Source of the DNA: Trichoplax adhaerens
Lineage: Eukaryota > Animalia > Placozoa
Reading direction: 5' to 3'
Assembly: GCF_000150275.1 (NCBI RefSeq)
Contig: NW_002061023.1
Span: 1-13,354, forward strand
DNA length: 13,354 bases
Below, piece after piece: positions 10,474-13,354 of the stretch. The position numbers were made by a program, and so were the translations under genes. Each line of letters opens with the position of its first letter. Within the stretch, counting starts at the first letter, position 1. A model generated the notes under the pieces. It did no database searches and was not told where the DNA came from. It worked only from the letters and a program-made list of their open reading frames with translations.

Positions 10474-10943
10474 AGGATGAAAAGGCAGGATGGAATTGTT
10501 GAATAGGAGAGTAGAATGGAGAAGAAGAAGATGGCATGGATTACATTTCAATGTCCTCAATGGACATTGAAATGATGCCAACAGGATGAAAAGGCAGGAT
10601 GGAATTGTTGAATAGGAGAGTAGAATGGAGAAGAAGAAGATGGCATGGATTGCATTTCAATGTCCATTGAGGACATGGAAATGATGCCAACAGGATGGAA
10701 TTGTTGAATAGGAGAGTAGAATGGAGAAGAAGATGGCATGGATTGCATTTCAATGTCCATTGAGGACATGGAAATGATGCCAACAGGATGGAATTGTTGA
10801 ATAGAAGAGTAGAATGGAGAAGAAGAAGAAGAGGGCATGGATTGCATTTCAATGTCCATTGAGGACATGGAAATGATGCCAACAGGATGGAATTGTTGAA
10901 TAGAAGAGTAGAATGGAGAAGAAGAAGAAGAGGGCATGGATTG
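10474..10943. repeat. Young purine-rich minisatellite F, unit 93-109 nt, about 4.7 copies, with internal (GAA)n and hairpin
   Basis: ggaattgttgaatag at 10492, 10601, 10697, 10790 and 10889 (spacing 109, 96, 93, 99). Confidence 0.97.
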
Positions 10944-11705
10944 GATACGTGTCCATTTTGGGAGATTGTTGTTGCCCATGACAGAGTCGATTGGAAAGAG
11001 GCAAGACAAGACAAGAAGACCAATATAAGCAAAGAGGAGCCATCCAAAATAGAACACAATCATGCATGATGATGATGGGGATAATCAAGAGTATTATCCT
11101 ATTATGGTCGTTAAAGGTAGAATAGAGAAGGAATGCTAAATTGAATCGATTACTTTCTATGCTTGTATACTGCATTCTTCTATGTTTGGTTGATTATGAA
11201 AACACGATAGCATGGAATTGTTGATTTAATTGGATTGAAGAAAGAGAAATACAATCATGGATGGTTGAAAAGGATGATGGAGAAGAATACTGTCGCAATG
11301 GAATCCAATCCTATGCCGTTGCCTATGGCATCATCGTCTTGCTAAGGCGGCCTTGAAACGATGGAGTTTGAATAATATTCAATAAGGCATTAGGATAACA
11401 ATGAAAAGTATTTGGCTATCCAAGAAGAAAATATTGTTGCATCAAACAACAAAACCACCATTTCATTCAAGACCAAGCTTTCTTTACCTTGATGATTGGA
11501 TTGCATCATGAATATTCATCATTGATTTTCTTCCTTCTTTACTTTTGTTGTTGGTGTCGATAGTAAGCTTAACAACTCTCTCTTGATCCATCATTCAATG
11601 TACAAGAAGGCGTGTTAATATCATTTTATTGCATGTATTTGATTAAATAGAAAAGACGGATTGCAATATCGACTGCCCCCTTTTGCTTTATTGTCCTCTC
11701 TTCAG

Positions 11706-11737
11706 GTATGCTAATGGGCGATGATGAAGATATAAAA
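11706..11737 (+). CDS. Possible upstream start exon (MLMGDDEDIK) of the catenin-like gene
   Basis: Long polypyrimidine tract plus cttcag ending at 11705, ATG at 11708 and 11714, weak donor AAA|gtaaac at 11738. Phase 0 is compatible with 12116. No homology support. Confidence 0.3.
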
Positions 11738-12115
11738 GTAAACGTTCCAACATATGTTTGAACTTGGTCATGATTTTACTGCTCATCATCGATTGCTGTA
11801 GGCATACTGTTGGCTATTCATTTTTATTTTTGCCTTGCATAGCAATCAGTCCAACTCATTTTTGGCCCTGATATCAAGCTGTTGCCGTTATCCTCCTAAT
11901 CGATCAGAATACCGTTTAGCTAATATTTTTCTCTCCTCTCTCCAAGCCCCTTTTCCTTTCTACCACTTGTCGCTTACTTTGTATTTTGAACGTAGTTGTA
12001 GCCATTGCTACGGTGTTTGTTATGGTCAATAAATGGTTTAAGGATGCCTTACGGGATCGATTCGATCAATCCAACAAGCAATAAGGATTCATTTTTTGCC
12101 AATCCATTCCAACAG

Positions 12116-12181
12116 CCGGCCACCATCGATCACGGGAACATGGATACAAGCGATGATTTAATGATGGCCATTCAGCAAGAT
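12116..12181 (+). CDS. CTNND: Preceding coding exon of the same gene: (PATIDHGN)MDTSDDLMMAIQQD
   Basis: Consensus donor GAT|gtaagt at 12182, phase 0, in frame with 12561. DLMMAIQQD occupies the position of SILASVKEQ in p120. The 5' end is either the acceptor ccattccaacag (ends 12115, phase 0) or the ATG at 12140 in good Kozak context (aacATGg). Confidence 0.7.
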
Positions 12182-12560
12182 GTAAGTCGATGCAAATGTG
12201 TTTTTCTTTTTGGGGGGGGGGGTTCGCCATTTTCTCTCTCTCTCTTTCTTATTCCTTCATTTTCTTTAATTGTTCATCCTCTCCAAGTATATTGTTAACA
12301 AGGTGAAGGTCAAGAAGAAACTCTCTCCTTGACCTTCTTCTTCTTCATACAATGATTAAGAAAACATCATGCCATTGATGGAGTGTATAGGACGCTTTTT
12401 CCCATCATGTATTTGATGCCATCATTTTCTCTCTCTTTTCCCCCTTCCTTTTATGGCCAGTTTCTTGTATAAAGAGAGAAAGTCTTTTGATCCATCCATC
12501 TATTTCGATCTCCACCATTATTGATTGAATCTTGTTCTTCATATTATGTCGCTCTTGCAG
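12182..12560 (+). other. Spliceosomal GT-AG intron (379 nt, phase 0)
   Basis: Starts gtaagt and ends ttgcag; pyrimidine-rich; removal restores a continuous coiled-coil peptide. Confidence 0.75.
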
Positions 12561-12632
12561 GAAGCCCAATTTGAGCAATTAAAGCGAAAATTAGAAAGCG
12601 ATAGAAAAGATGTTGCCGATCAACTGGAAAAG
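12561..12632 (+). CDS. CTNND: Internal coding exon of a p120/delta-catenin (CTNND/ARVCF/PKP4) family gene, N-terminal coiled coil: EAQFEQLKRKLESDRKDVADQLEK
   Basis: Acceptor gctcttgcag ends at 12560 and donor AAG|gtaaga starts at 12633; 72 nt, phase 0-0, no stop. The peptide aligns ungapped with the p120-catenin coiled coil as I recall it (EAQFEKLTRALEEERRHVSAQLER). The specific paralogue cannot be assigned. Confidence 0.8.
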
Positions 12633-13354
12633 GTAAGATTCTCCATCTAGAATAGATCTCTCTTTGCTTTCTTTTTCCATCATTCTTTCAATTTCAAGCA
12701 TGTCTATCCTTTCTTCATCATTATCACGAGATCCTTTAACCTACTTTTCATCTATTTCATTTTATTCTTGTACAACAATCCATAGCATGCTATGGATTGT
12801 TGTCATGGCTGTCATTTCTATTATCCATCGTCTACTTTCCCTGATGGCCATTGGACAAAGTATGTTGTTATTTTTTTTCCCCCTCTCCATCGTTACAGTT
12901 AGCCTTGAATTTTTTGTTGGGGGGGATTTTAATCTTGCGAATTCAAACAGCCGGTAGTACTACCTCCATCTCCGGCTAATCCTATCCTCATCGATTGATC
13001 GTATCCAAGCAGTTTCTAGATCGTTTTTCATTAAAAGTCTTTATCGATTTTACTTGTTGAAGAGCTTGAATCCACCGATCCAATTGGCGTGGAAACACTT
13101 GCATCTTGTTTTCAAAATAGCAGTCAAATTGATGTAGTTTTAGTCCATGGCAAATAGCTTGCACCTTTTCTCTCTTGATTGCCTCTAGCGTAAGACAATC
13201 ACCGATAATCCTAATACAGCAGCAGTCCATGTTTTCCCTTTTTAAACAGACGATTTTCAAAGGTATTTTTACTTGCTGCTATAATACATGGTGATTGATC
13301 CATGCATGGATTGTTGTTGAGTGGTTGGAAAGATTGGCATCGTTGTGAGGGATG

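Noticed and set aside
10541-11063. 172-aa and 168-aa repetitive minus-strand ORFs
   Set aside because: Two overlapping frames are both open because the unit lengths (93, 96, 99) vary by GAA triplets, and the 109-nt unit breaks the frame. The products are low-complexity, so this is best explained as a minisatellite artefact.
12005-12298. 97-aa ORF taken as a complete protein
   Set aside because: Only 12116-12181 looks exonic; the rest reads through the gtaagt donor into low-complexity intron.

Overview
AT-rich, intron-containing eukaryotic (most likely animal) draft-assembly DNA with a 50-N gap at 9767-9816. It is not a prokaryotic locus: no operon, RNA gene or CRISPR array is visible, and the supplied ORFs are mostly artefacts. 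The only protein-level signal I recognise is two GT-AG-bounded, phase-0 exons on + (12116/12140-12181 and 12561-12632). They splice to MDTSDDLMMAIQQD|EAQFEQLKRKLESDRKDVADQLEK, which resembles the N-terminal coiled coil of the p120/delta-catenin family (from recalled sequence, not a search). About half of the window is successive tandem arrays with units of 32 to about 370 nt. The best sequence-level findings are (i) a 295-nt TG...CA solo-LTR-like insertion (1006-1300) with 6-bp terminal inverted repeats, a 5-bp target duplication and its own empty site in the next repeat copy, and (ii) a hairpin-loop micro-inversion with quasi-palindrome correction in one copy of the 10.5-10.9 kb minisatellite. 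I do not see convincing evidence of a new multi-gene biological system.
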